Source: an uncultured virus (IMG/VR IMGVR_UViG_3300029305_004206) (lineage: Duplodnaviria; Heunggongvirae; Uroviricota; Caudoviricetes). From it: a stretch of DNA of 64,000 nt. Of the stretch, positions 1 to 9,289 are shown piece after piece. Location of the stretch: the IMG/VR virus record IMGVR_UViG_3300029305_004206; one strand, 5' to 3'. Both the position numbers and the translations under genes were made by a program. The notes beneath the pieces were generated by a model. It was not told the origin of the DNA and made no database searches. It saw nothing but the letters and a program-made list of their open reading frames with translations. Within the stretch, counting starts at the first letter, position 1. Each line of letters opens with the position of its first letter.

Positions 1-1
1 T

Positions 2-1363
2 GGATTTCTTGGAAGATGTATTGATTTTCCTTCTATGGAATTTCATTATTCAGGAGCAGCAAAACTTAAATCTGAAGAAATTCCAGCTACAGATTATCTA
101 TATGGAAAGAAATTATCTGATATTTTGTCAGTAACAATAGTTCCATTAGTAGATGATATTACAATAGACATTAAGATTTCTATTGTAGATGAAGATTTAA
201 AGGATACTGTTAAGTATATGAATGTTAAGAACCAAGATGTATCATTAACAGATGGAATTATCCCATTTGCTAATCATACAATTCGAGGATTTTCTCTTCT
301 TATGAATAAACAGTCGAATGTCACTGTTACATTTTATGATGAAAATCAGAATGAAATTGGTGAATATTATCTATTTAAAGAGACTTGGAAATTAATGGGT
401 AATAAAGTTTATCCTTCTACTGTAAATAAACAGTATACTGACATAATGCACTTATCTATTAATGAAAGTCTAAATTTACTCTCAGATACTTCAAGTTTCT
501 CACTTGACTTTTGTTCACCTTTATTAATAAATAAATATTCAGAATTACCTATATCTTCATTAAATAAAAATGTAGATACTTCTGTATATGACTTATCAGG
601 AAACTATAATCAAGGTGAATGGTTATATAATTATACTCCTAAATATAGTTATGATGGTGGTGGGTGCTACCATTGGACAAATACTGATTGTGGATACTTA
701 CAACCATGTGAAAATATATACTTTGAACCTGATAAAGATATGGCTTGTTTCTGGTTTAAAGCTCCACATAATCCAAATCAAGATTGTGTATTCTTAGAAA
801 TTGGTAAAACTGGTTCATATGTTCTTAAGGTAAGAGTTAAATATAAAGACTTTATCGGAGAAGTGTATAATAAGAACGGAGAGTTTGTAACAAGTCTAAA
901 AATGGAAAATGCTTTCCAACCTGATGTCTGGAACTTGGTTGTATTGGATAAAATGTATATATGGGTAAATGACAAATTATTTGATTTTGGTACTGTTGTA
1001 AGAACAGCAGTTTCAGTAGGAATAGATTATCTTAACTATGTAAAGATTGGTCTAACAACTGAACCTTTAGGTCAAGATATTGATTTTAAGATAACTGAAA
1101 TGAAACTTGTTCATTCATTTAGAGGAATGACATTTATGAAGGAACACGCACAGTTCTTATATGACGAGAAAGTTGTTCCGAGATTTGATAATTTAGGTCA
1201 TATATCTGGATATACATTTGTCGAAGAAGAAAATTCTGTTGGTGTAACTCCTTATGGTGGATTTATTGCGAACAGTTTTGAAGAAAAAGAAGACAATACA
1301 AATGAAGATATAAAAATATCTTTAGGTAAAAACATTGTAAGTACAGAGATTATAGAGAGATAA
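2..1363 (+). CDS. Virion/tail protein with LamG (concanavalin A-like) domain; 5'-truncated by the window
   Basis: Frame is open upstream of ATG 35 to the window edge. LamG-like motifs (VYDLSGNYNQG, ACFWFK, DVWNLVVL, IWVND). Lies next to the tail fibre gene. Confidence 0.6.
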   Translation, partial: GFLGRCIDFPSMEFHYSGAAKLKSEEIPATDYLYGKKLSDILSVTIVPLVDDITIDIKISIVDEDLKDTVKYMNVKNQDVSLTDGIIPFANHTIRGFSLLMNKQSNVTVTFYDENQNEIGEYYLFKETWKLMGNKVYPSTVNKQYTDIMHLSINESLNLLSDTSSFSLDFCSPLLINKYSELPISSLNKNVDTSVYDLSGNYNQGEWLYNYTPKYSYDGGGCYHWTNTDCGYLQPCENIYFEPDKDMACFWFKAPHNPNQDCVFLEIGKTGSYVLKVRVKYKDFIGEVYNKNGEFVTSLKMENAFQPDVWNLVVLDKMYIWVNDKLFDFGTVVRTAVSVGIDYLNYVKIGLTTEPLGQDIDFKITEMKLVHSFRGMTFMKEHAQFLYDEKVVPRFDNLGHISGYTFVEEENSVGVTPYGGFIANSFEEKEDNTNEDIKISLGKNIVSTEIIER

Positions 1364-1397
1364 GGGTATGATAAGAGATATACCCTTATCTCTTATC
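1356..1397. terminator. Intergenic hairpin (14-bp stem) with an alternative overlapping hairpin
   Basis: AGAGATAAGGGTAT 1356-1369 pairs with ATACCCTTATCTCT 1380-1393. Confidence 0.55.
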
Positions 1398-1435
1398 TGC
1401 TCTGACAAAATATAACGAAAGGAAGTGTATTTACA

Positions 1436-4400
1436 TTGGCTCTTTTTAATAATATGACAGTAAGAGGAAGAGTTAATATTGAGTCCAATCAGCTCTTTCT
1501 CAATGGTAAACATATAAGAGACTATTTCTTGCCAGCAGGTACTACAGAAATTGATCATGCTTTGAAAGCAACAAAACTTGATAACGATATGACTGTTGCT
1601 GCTGTAAGATTCGGTGATAAAACCGAGAATTTTTTAAATGCAGAAAAGACATCTTTTGCATGGAATGAAAAATCTAAAAATTATCAATTAAGTTTGGTAA
1701 TTAAAAGTATTCCATCATCTGCAGTTAGCTATGTGTATAATGATTTAATAAATACTATTGGTGTCTCATCTACAGAAAGAGTTGGTCTCAATAGTAAAGC
1801 TATGAATCATGCTATCATAAATACTCTTGGTTATAAATGGAGTGATTATAGAACTCTTAGTTCTATAACACACCTACCAAGAATCATTGATATTGCATAT
1901 GGAGATAGAAAATTTATTGCTATTGGTCCCGAATATTCGAACTATATGGGTACATATAGTAATACTACTAAAATTGTATCATCTAATGATGGTAAAAACT
2001 GGGTAAATGAATTTGCAGGACAAGAAATTTTAAATTATGATCTATCTGCTATTGCCTATGCAAATAATACATTTATAGTATTTGCTAATGACAGTTTAGG
2101 AGAAAATGTTGTTTTCTATTTAAATGAAAATACAGGTGGTACTTTTATCAGAGGTAATATTAATAAAGATGGAAGTACTGAAACAAGTAAAATTTACAAA
2201 GTTGTATCTGGTGATGACGGAACTATTATTGCAGTAGGTGGAAAATTAATTTTCAAATCTACAGATGGTATAAACTGGGTTAGAGTTCCATTTTCTACTA
2301 TCAGCGGTGATGATAATATCAGTACACCTATAGGTTATCATATTACAGATGTAGCATATGGGGATGGAAAGTTTGTATTTATTGATGGATATAAACATCC
2401 TTCTAATATTGAATGTAAAATTGGTGTAATTAGTAAGCACGATGATTATTTATATGCTTCTTGGTTAACCGATAAAACTAAATTAAATTCAATTCTTCCT
2501 GTTTCTACATCTGCAATTCCAAGAGAAATAGAATTCTGTAATGGAAGCTTTTACTTAACATATACTACAAGTTCAGTATCTGATGTTACATCTGGTGGTA
2601 GATATATATGTAATGGTATTGGAAAGATTAGAAGCACTACTATTGAAGGATTAATTAATCATAATATAATCCAAAATCAAACTTATATTGCTCCTGAATA
2701 TAAAACAATCAGTCCTACAAGAACACTTGTTGAAAAGAATGGTCTTGTATCTGCTAATAATATTCTATATATGAATCTCTACACAGGTGGAATGTTAGTT
2801 GTAGATAATGAAGTATTATGTAATTTATTCTTAGGTACAGATAAACTCGACTATTCTGTAAGTATGATTAAAGATACTTATACAAAGTTGGGTTTAAATA
2901 ATGTCTTTACAGGTATTATTAAGACAGAATCTTATATGATGAGATTATGTCAGACTACATCAACCGTAGTTGTTTATACGAGTGGTACTCCTGATAATGT
3001 ATACTTTAATCATACTCACAGTCAGTATGTTACATTAACATATATAGAAAATATGCTTAAATCATTTACAGGTAATACTACTGGAAATCTCTCAGATACT
3101 TATCTTACTAAGGCTGTTGCAGAAGACACTTATGCTAAAAAGAATCATAATCATGATGGTACTTATTCAAAAACAAGCCATAATCATGATACGTCTTATT
3201 CTAAAAAGGATCATACTCATGATTATATAGCGGCTATTGGAGAAGTTATATCATCATCTACAGATGGTCAGATTGGATTAGTTGATAGTAAATACCTTAA
3301 AAATGTAGATAAATCATACCATAAATTTGCAAATATTCTTAATCCTGAAAATATCATTAGAAAAGTCATTCAATATGTAGATGGCAGATCAGAAGAATTA
3401 TCGGTATCACAGATGAGAAGAATATGTAAAGGTGCAAGATATTATTTATTTGCTGACACAATAGCTAATAATGTTCGTCTTTATGGTTCTATAGATGGTA
3501 TACATTTCGCTTTATATAATACATATAGAATTTCTGGTATTACTGCTGATATTGAGCCTTATATTTATTACAGTCAAGGAAAGTACTTTATAACTTTAGC
3601 AGGGAAAAATAAAGTCTGTGATATAAATCATGAATCTTTTGATCTCTTAGTTATTGATGAATCTGACTATAGAAATTATTCTATAATTACAGATGGAAAT
3701 AATGGTCCTCTCGCTCCAAATTATACTGTTGATGAATCTGCCTATACAAGTATTATAAGAGTAATACCATCTACTTATAACCAACCGTATAATTATTTTT
3801 TAGTATTTAAAAAACAAGCTGATGATTCAAGTATTTTAGTATTAGAAATTGATCAAGAAAACAATTTTGCTACTTATAGTACTCGTTCATTAAAGGATTT
3901 ATCTTCTTCTAGTACAATAACAGATATTGATATCGACTTTATAAGAAACGAAAATAATGTTACATTTTTAAATGTAATATATAAAAATTCGTCATCATCT
4001 GTAGATAATAGAGTTATATGTCTTTATAATGTAAATGATGCAGGTACTCCTTTTGATCCATTTGATTTTTCTATACAAGATGCTATTGGTGGAACAAGTA
4101 GTTATAAAGTAAATATTTATGATGTTGCGTTTAATGAAGAAAGTAAAACTCTCGCTGTCATCTATGATATACCAGGACTTTTAAATCAGGTAAGACTTGA
4201 CTTAGTTGCTAATGATGAACTTGAATATTTTAGCGATTATAGACAGAGAATTCTTCATAGCTCTGGAAATTACATTTATGATCGTGTTTTCTTCCTTGAA
4301 ACATATAAAAATGGATTCAGAACTTATGATCTAATTCATAATGGAACTCAGTCATCATGTACAACTACTGTATACGAAGATGGTGTAACTATTTATGGTA

Positions 4401-7400
4401 ATGAAACTGTAAAGATTGATCCAGTGATGAATGACTCATATGATATCTTACCAAATACATTTAAAAAAGTAAATTTTGGTTATGAATTCATTACATCTAT
4501 ATACGAAACAGATTATGAGAAGATTTTATTTGTTCCGTTCCAGGATAAGGTAAGAGTATTTTCAGTAAATCATATCCTTGAAGAAAAATTTGATGGACTA
4601 AAGTTCTTATTAAATGGTCTTTTAAGAGGAAACATTAATGAATTTAATATTAATGATTATATCGAAGAATATGTAAATGAAAATTCTTCTGATTCTATGA
4701 CTGTTTCACAGATTACTGACATTGCTACTTATTATTATAATAAAACAGATATTACTAATCTTCTTAAGGGATATTCAAAATCAACTCATAAACATGACGT
4801 ATCAGCTATTTCTGGATTAGCGGATAATAATATACTAAATCGTTCATATTTAATAAATGGCAATTCAAGAGGAGAAGAATCAAGAACAACTATAACAAAT
4901 GTTGATGCTTTCATTCTTGGTGATAAAAATCTCTCTGATTATTTATTTAATAAACCTAATAGAGTTGTCACATATAGTGATTCTATTCTTCATGATATAG
5001 CTGTTGCTGAAGATGGAACATATATTGTATATGATAAAGTAAGAACATTTACAGATATTACAAATCAAACACCATATGTTGATTATCAAGTCTATGATAA
5101 GAATGATAATAGATTAATAACTGATAGGTATTATTTAATGAACGAAATTATTCCAGATGAAGCTCTTTCAGGTATAACCGTTAATACAAGAGTGGAAATA
5201 GTAAAGGATATAATTTTCTTCTTCTTTAAGATACAGAATCTTAGTAATGGTCTATATTCATATGCGATTACATTTAGAGTTCGTAATTTAGCAAATAGAA
5301 TAAATCCATATTTATTCAATTCAATCAATTATAATTTAACTATTCAGAACTTAGCTGATATAAGTGAAGACGAATTTAACTTATATAAAAATTATGGAAT
5401 TTTTTATATTAACATTGGTGATATTCAGGAATTTAAAGGTGTTTATGAATTTATAGATATAGAAAATCATCGAAGATTAAATATTCTTACTGGTGTTGGT
5501 TTGTTTACATTATATATAGATAATATTTATAATCTAAAAACCTTCAACAGTCTATCAGTAATATGTCCTTATGAACATTATTTATTTGAAGAAACATTTA
5601 ATGATAATTCTTCATTATATAATAGAGGGATAAATGCACTTACTTTCAATGATAATAATTATTATATAAATCAATATTATAATAATCCAGCTACTGACAA
5701 TACAGATGGTTATGCATCAATATCACTAAGCAGTGTTCCAGAAGATATAGATCTTGTAATTAATTCTTCTAATGCAAAATATATTGTATTTGGCACTGAA
5801 CATTATGTCTACTATTTAAATGACAATACAGGAAAGTACTCAATTACGAGTATAAAGTCTTCTCTGTCAACAAATCTCGTTGATCTTGCTATGGTAAATA
5901 AATCCGATTGCCGTATGATTTTCCATTCAAAGGATTGTATAGCTCTATTAGAAAAATCTGATGATACAGATTTTGTATTTAGAATGGTTATTATTAATAG
6001 AAATAAATCTTACCAAATTTTCTATTTAAATACTGATACAATTAAAGAATGGGTTACTACTGCATCAATGAGTTTACAAGAAACATATTGTGATATGACA
6101 TATGTAAATGGTAAATTATTCATTAATCATGATGGTGAAATTCTCACTATTAATGGTTTTATGGTAAATGACTTATCATCTTATGATAAATATCAGATGA
6201 ATAATGATAAAGCACAACTCTTAACAAAATCTGAATTACTTTCATTGAGAGGAAACAATCAGATTACTGTTAAAAAGACAAAGATAAATTCTGATTACCA
6301 TTCTTACGGTGGTGATTGTAAATTTGCTATTGGTGAAAAATCAATAGTTATATGGAACCATGACGCATCCAATCAGATGATTAATCAGATACTTATTCTA
6401 AACAGAGATTTCACTTCAAAGAATGTTACACTATCTCCCGATCAATTAATAAATTACCATAAAGAATCAGTAGATGATACAGAAACATCTATATGTGTGA
6501 TTGAAGATATAATTTTCTGTAAAGATCGATTTATTCTTAAAATGATAAGAACAAATACGAAGAATAGTGAAACTGATAATACACGTTACATCATTATAAT
6601 AAAGGATAAGCTTGGTCAAAATTATGAATATGGTGTAGACTATTATTTTAATAAAACATCTTATCTAAATGATTATTATGAAGATAAGTATCCTGTTTAT
6701 ACTATTGGTGATTCATATATAGGTAAAATAGATTTATTATATAATGAATTAAAAGATGAATTCTTTGTATTTTCGGGTAATCTTGGTTGTTATTCTTATG
6801 ATAGATGCAACTCATTCTTGAGTTCTAAAAACGTACTTATATCTGTGGCTACAGGCGAACAACCATATACAGCTGTTGCCTTATCTAAAACAAAGAGTAT
6901 GTTTATGAATCAAAGTACATTCCGTACTTATGGTTCATTAAATGATGATATTATAGAAATAACATTTAACAGTCAGTATGCATCAAATGATAATTTATGT
7001 GCAATTTGTTCTGATATTAATGAGAATGAAGTTATAACATTCCAAAGAGATGCTTCTAAATCCATACAGATAATTTACAATATAAATTTAAATGGTCCCG
7101 ACAATACATCATATGAAGATATAACAAATAATATTTTAGGATTTAGTCTATATCCTTCTCTTATGAGTTTAAGCGATTATAACTCAACAAATGATCTTAG
7201 AAATATTTGTATATATGATATGAAGTTTTGTAATGGAGATATTATTGTTAGCTGTGGACTAGAATTAGTTTCAGGTGCTTTCTATAACATTGTATACAGA
7301 GTATTTAATAAAATTCTTCAGATATCTTCTCATCCTATAGAAGAAATGTATCAAATAATCTATACTCGTTCTATGAATGAAATCGTTGGATATACGAAAA

Positions 7401-9211
7401 TTAGATTTGTTCCTACAGAGAATGGTTATGCAATAATTGATGAATCTGATGGAAATAATGGAGATATTATAGCTGCAGAAATTAACTTTGATAAGAAGAA
7501 GAAGTTATTTAATAATGAAGAAAATGATTATAAATATGAGTATAAATCAATAGCTCAAACGAATGTAATCGGAAGTTCAGAATTTGCACAACATAATAAT
7601 ATTCTCTTCAATTATGAAGAAGTATATGCTCCATTTGAAGAATTATTAAATTCTGTTACGGATGATATGCTATATTATAATGGTCTTTATGTAAGACATT
7701 TAATTAATGGTAATTATAATGGTAGTTCAGGTGATTTAATCTCCATATCAAATGATGGTTTAAATTGGAAGACTTTCTCATTATATTCTATTATAGGCGA
7801 TTCTATTTATTCGTCTCTTAATCAAAATGGTTATATAGATGGAATTTTCTTTATAAATGTAGGTGAAGATCTTCATATTTATAGTAGAACTGGTGAGAAT
7901 TATCATATAGAAATATATAATTTCTTTAATCCTGAAACTTATAATGAATTAGGAAATTCGTATATTGATTATAAGCTTAAAGCCGATTTCGTTACAACTC
8001 CATCATTATATGAATTAAATCTTAATGCTGCGATGACGAATGATAGTTCTTATAATGTACCAGAATTATTAAATGAATTAGGAATTGAATATAACGAAGC
8101 TTATTCATATAATATTCGAGCAATTAAACAAGCATTATATCTTGAAAGTAAGAATTGTATAGTTTATCTTTTGGAAACAGATAAATTTGTAAATACTGAT
8201 GGAGTTATGATAGAATTTATAGAAGAATCAGAACAATCAATGAATATTGTTATTATTAAGGATTTAGAGACGGAAAAATATTATCTACCTTTTATAAAGG
8301 ATTATTATAACTCTACCGAAGACTATCATCCATTAGTAGTTTCTTCAAAACTTATGGTAGATCAGGATAATGACAGCATTTCATTTATAATTCCTAGAAA
8401 TTTTGAAGAGCGTTACATTCTTATATCTTCTTCTATAACAAGAAAGTCTAATAATGAAGGATTTATTATGTCTTATCAAGGTATAAAAATGTTTGAATAT
8501 AATCAAGCTAATGATACTGAAAGACTATTAAAGACATCATTAAAATATTCAAATATTAGACCTCGTATTGGTAGATTAGTTGATGAAACAAACGGTTTAC
8601 TTACAGTTTTATGGATTGAAGGATTATGGGGTTCTATGATAAGCTTCATTAACACACCTAGAATTCCATTCTCATTGTTAGATAAATCATTCGAGTGGAT
8701 ATTGGATCAATATAATAATTCTTCTAAAAGATTAGCAGATTTTGAAAGTTCTCTATCTAATAATGGTGATGCAATATTTATTAAAATAATGAATAATAAA
8801 ATTATTACAATAAATGCATCTTCACCTAAAGATCCTAACAATGGATATTGTAATGAATTAGCAATATCTAAGAATTATATATCTATAAATGAATTTCTAC
8901 CATTAAATTCAGTACAGACAAGACAACTCAATAAGATGATTGATGTTCATTTACCTCTTTTAAATGGAGATTTCATGTATGATGAAGATGAAGGATGTAT
9001 AAGTTATATGAAACCTCATTCTCAAAGTTTATTGGATGATGCAGTTTTACTACCATATACATATACTTATAAAATACATGAAACAAAGAATGGTTTTATG
9101 ATGTCAGTATTTAATTTAAGAACTATCTTTAATGATAACAGACAACTTAAATATAAAGATATTGCAGAACGTATAAAATTCGGAGATTATGATCTTGAGA
9201 AGGATAAGTAA
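1436..9211 (+). CDS. Giant tail fibre/receptor-binding protein with several beta-propeller (Asp-box) modules
   Basis: 2591 aa, TTG start after AAAGGAAG. Asp-box motifs SNDGKNW, STDGINW, SIDGIHF, SNDGLNW. IAYGDRKF/VAYGDGKF blades. Phage fibre His repeats HNHDGTY/HNHDTSY/HTHDY and HKHDVSAISGL. Confidence 0.7.
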   Translation: MALFNNMTVRGRVNIESNQLFLNGKHIRDYFLPAGTTEIDHALKATKLDNDMTVAAVRFGDKTENFLNAEKTSFAWNEKSKNYQLSLVIKSIPSSAVSYVYNDLINTIGVSSTERVGLNSKAMNHAIINTLGYKWSDYRTLSSITHLPRIIDIAYGDRKFIAIGPEYSNYMGTYSNTTKIVSSNDGKNWVNEFAGQEILNYDLSAIAYANNTFIVFANDSLGENVVFYLNENTGGTFIRGNINKDGSTETSKIYKVVSGDDGTIIAVGGKLIFKSTDGINWVRVPFSTISGDDNISTPIGYHITDVAYGDGKFVFIDGYKHPSNIECKIGVISKHDDYLYASWLTDKTKLNSILPVSTSAIPREIEFCNGSFYLTYTTSSVSDVTSGGRYICNGIGKIRSTTIEGLINHNIIQNQTYIAPEYKTISPTRTLVEKNGLVSANNILYMNLYTGGMLVVDNEVLCNLFLGTDKLDYSVSMIKDTYTKLGLNNVFTGIIKTESYMMRLCQTTSTVVVYTSGTPDNVYFNHTHSQYVTLTYIENMLKSFTGNTTGNLSDTYLTKAVAEDTYAKKNHNHDGTYSKTSHNHDTSYSKKDHTHDYIAAIGEVISSSTDGQIGLVDSKYLKNVDKSYHKFANILNPENIIRKVIQYVDGRSEELSVSQMRRICKGARYYLFADTIANNVRLYGSIDGIHFALYNTYRISGITADIEPYIYYSQGKYFITLAGKNKVCDINHESFDLLVIDESDYRNYSIITDGNNGPLAPNYTVDESAYTSIIRVIPSTYNQPYNYFLVFKKQADDSSILVLEIDQENNFATYSTRSLKDLSSSSTITDIDIDFIRNENNVTFLNVIYKNSSSSVDNRVICLYNVNDAGTPFDPFDFSIQDAIGGTSSYKVNIYDVAFNEESKTLAVIYDIPGLLNQVRLDLVANDELEYFSDYRQRILHSSGNYIYDRVFFLETYKNGFRTYDLIHNGTQSSCTTTVYEDGVTIYGNETVKIDPVMNDSYDILPNTFKKVNFGYEFITSIYETDYEKILFVPFQDKVRVFSVNHILEEKFDGLKFLLNGLLRGNINEFNINDYIEEYVNENSSDSMTVSQITDIATYYYNKTDITNLLKGYSKSTHKHDVSAISGLADNNILNRSYLINGNSRGEESRTTITNVDAFILGDKNLSDYLFNKPNRVVTYSDSILHDIAVAEDGTYIVYDKVRTFTDITNQTPYVDYQVYDKNDNRLITDRYYLMNEIIPDEALSGITVNTRVEIVKDIIFFFFKIQNLSNGLYSYAITFRVRNLANRINPYLFNSINYNLTIQNLADISEDEFNLYKNYGIFYINIGDIQEFKGVYEFIDIENHRRLNILTGVGLFTLYIDNIYNLKTFNSLSVICPYEHYLFEETFNDNSSLYNRGINALTFNDNNYYINQYYNNPATDNTDGYASISLSSVPEDIDLVINSSNAKYIVFGTEHYVYYLNDNTGKYSITSIKSSLSTNLVDLAMVNKSDCRMIFHSKDCIALLEKSDDTDFVFRMVIINRNKSYQIFYLNTDTIKEWVTTASMSLQETYCDMTYVNGKLFINHDGEILTINGFMVNDLSSYDKYQMNNDKAQLLTKSELLSLRGNNQITVKKTKINSDYHSYGGDCKFAIGEKSIVIWNHDASNQMINQILILNRDFTSKNVTLSPDQLINYHKESVDDTETSICVIEDIIFCKDRFILKMIRTNTKNSETDNTRYIIIIKDKLGQNYEYGVDYYFNKTSYLNDYYEDKYPVYTIGDSYIGKIDLLYNELKDEFFVFSGNLGCYSYDRCNSFLSSKNVLISVATGEQPYTAVALSKTKSMFMNQSTFRTYGSLNDDIIEITFNSQYASNDNLCAICSDINENEVITFQRDASKSIQIIYNINLNGPDNTSYEDITNNILGFSLYPSLMSLSDYNSTNDLRNICIYDMKFCNGDIIVSCGLELVSGAFYNIVYRVFNKILQISSHPIEEMYQIIYTRSMNEIVGYTKIRFVPTENGYAIIDESDGNNGDIIAAEINFDKKKKLFNNEENDYKYEYKSIAQTNVIGSSEFAQHNNILFNYEEVYAPFEELLNSVTDDMLYYNGLYVRHLINGNYNGSSGDLISISNDGLNWKTFSLYSIIGDSIYSSLNQNGYIDGIFFINVGEDLHIYSRTGENYHIEIYNFFNPETYNELGNSYIDYKLKADFVTTPSLYELNLNAAMTNDSSYNVPELLNELGIEYNEAYSYNIRAIKQALYLESKNCIVYLLETDKFVNTDGVMIEFIEESEQSMNIVIIKDLETEKYYLPFIKDYYNSTEDYHPLVVSSKLMVDQDNDSISFIIPRNFEERYILISSSITRKSNNEGFIMSYQGIKMFEYNQANDTERLLKTSLKYSNIRPRIGRLVDETNGLLTVLWIEGLWGSMISFINTPRIPFSLLDKSFEWILDQYNNSSKRLADFESSLSNNGDAIFIKIMNNKIITINASSPKDPNNGYCNELAISKNYISINEFLPLNSVQTRQLNKMIDVHLPLLNGDFMYDEDEGCISYMKPHSQSLLDDAVLLPYTYTYKIHETKNGFMMSVFNLRTIFNDNRQLKYKDIAERIKFGDYDLEKDK

Positions 9212-9223
9212 AACTATCCATTA
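9212..9223 (+). promoter_or_regulatory. Putative late promoter AACT-N6-TA
   Basis: AACT ATCCAT TA, intergenic, upstream of 9290. Confidence 0.45.
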
Positions 9224-9232
9224 ATGTAATTA

Positions 9233-9262
9233 ATATGGGGATGACTAAGATCATCCCCATAT
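9233..9262. terminator. 12-bp perfect hairpin (terminator or 5' stem-loop)
   Basis: ATATGGGGATGA 9233-9244 / TCATCCCCATAT 9251-9262. Confidence 0.55.
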
Positions 9263-9289
9263 GATTTATAAATAAATAATGAAAGGAAA

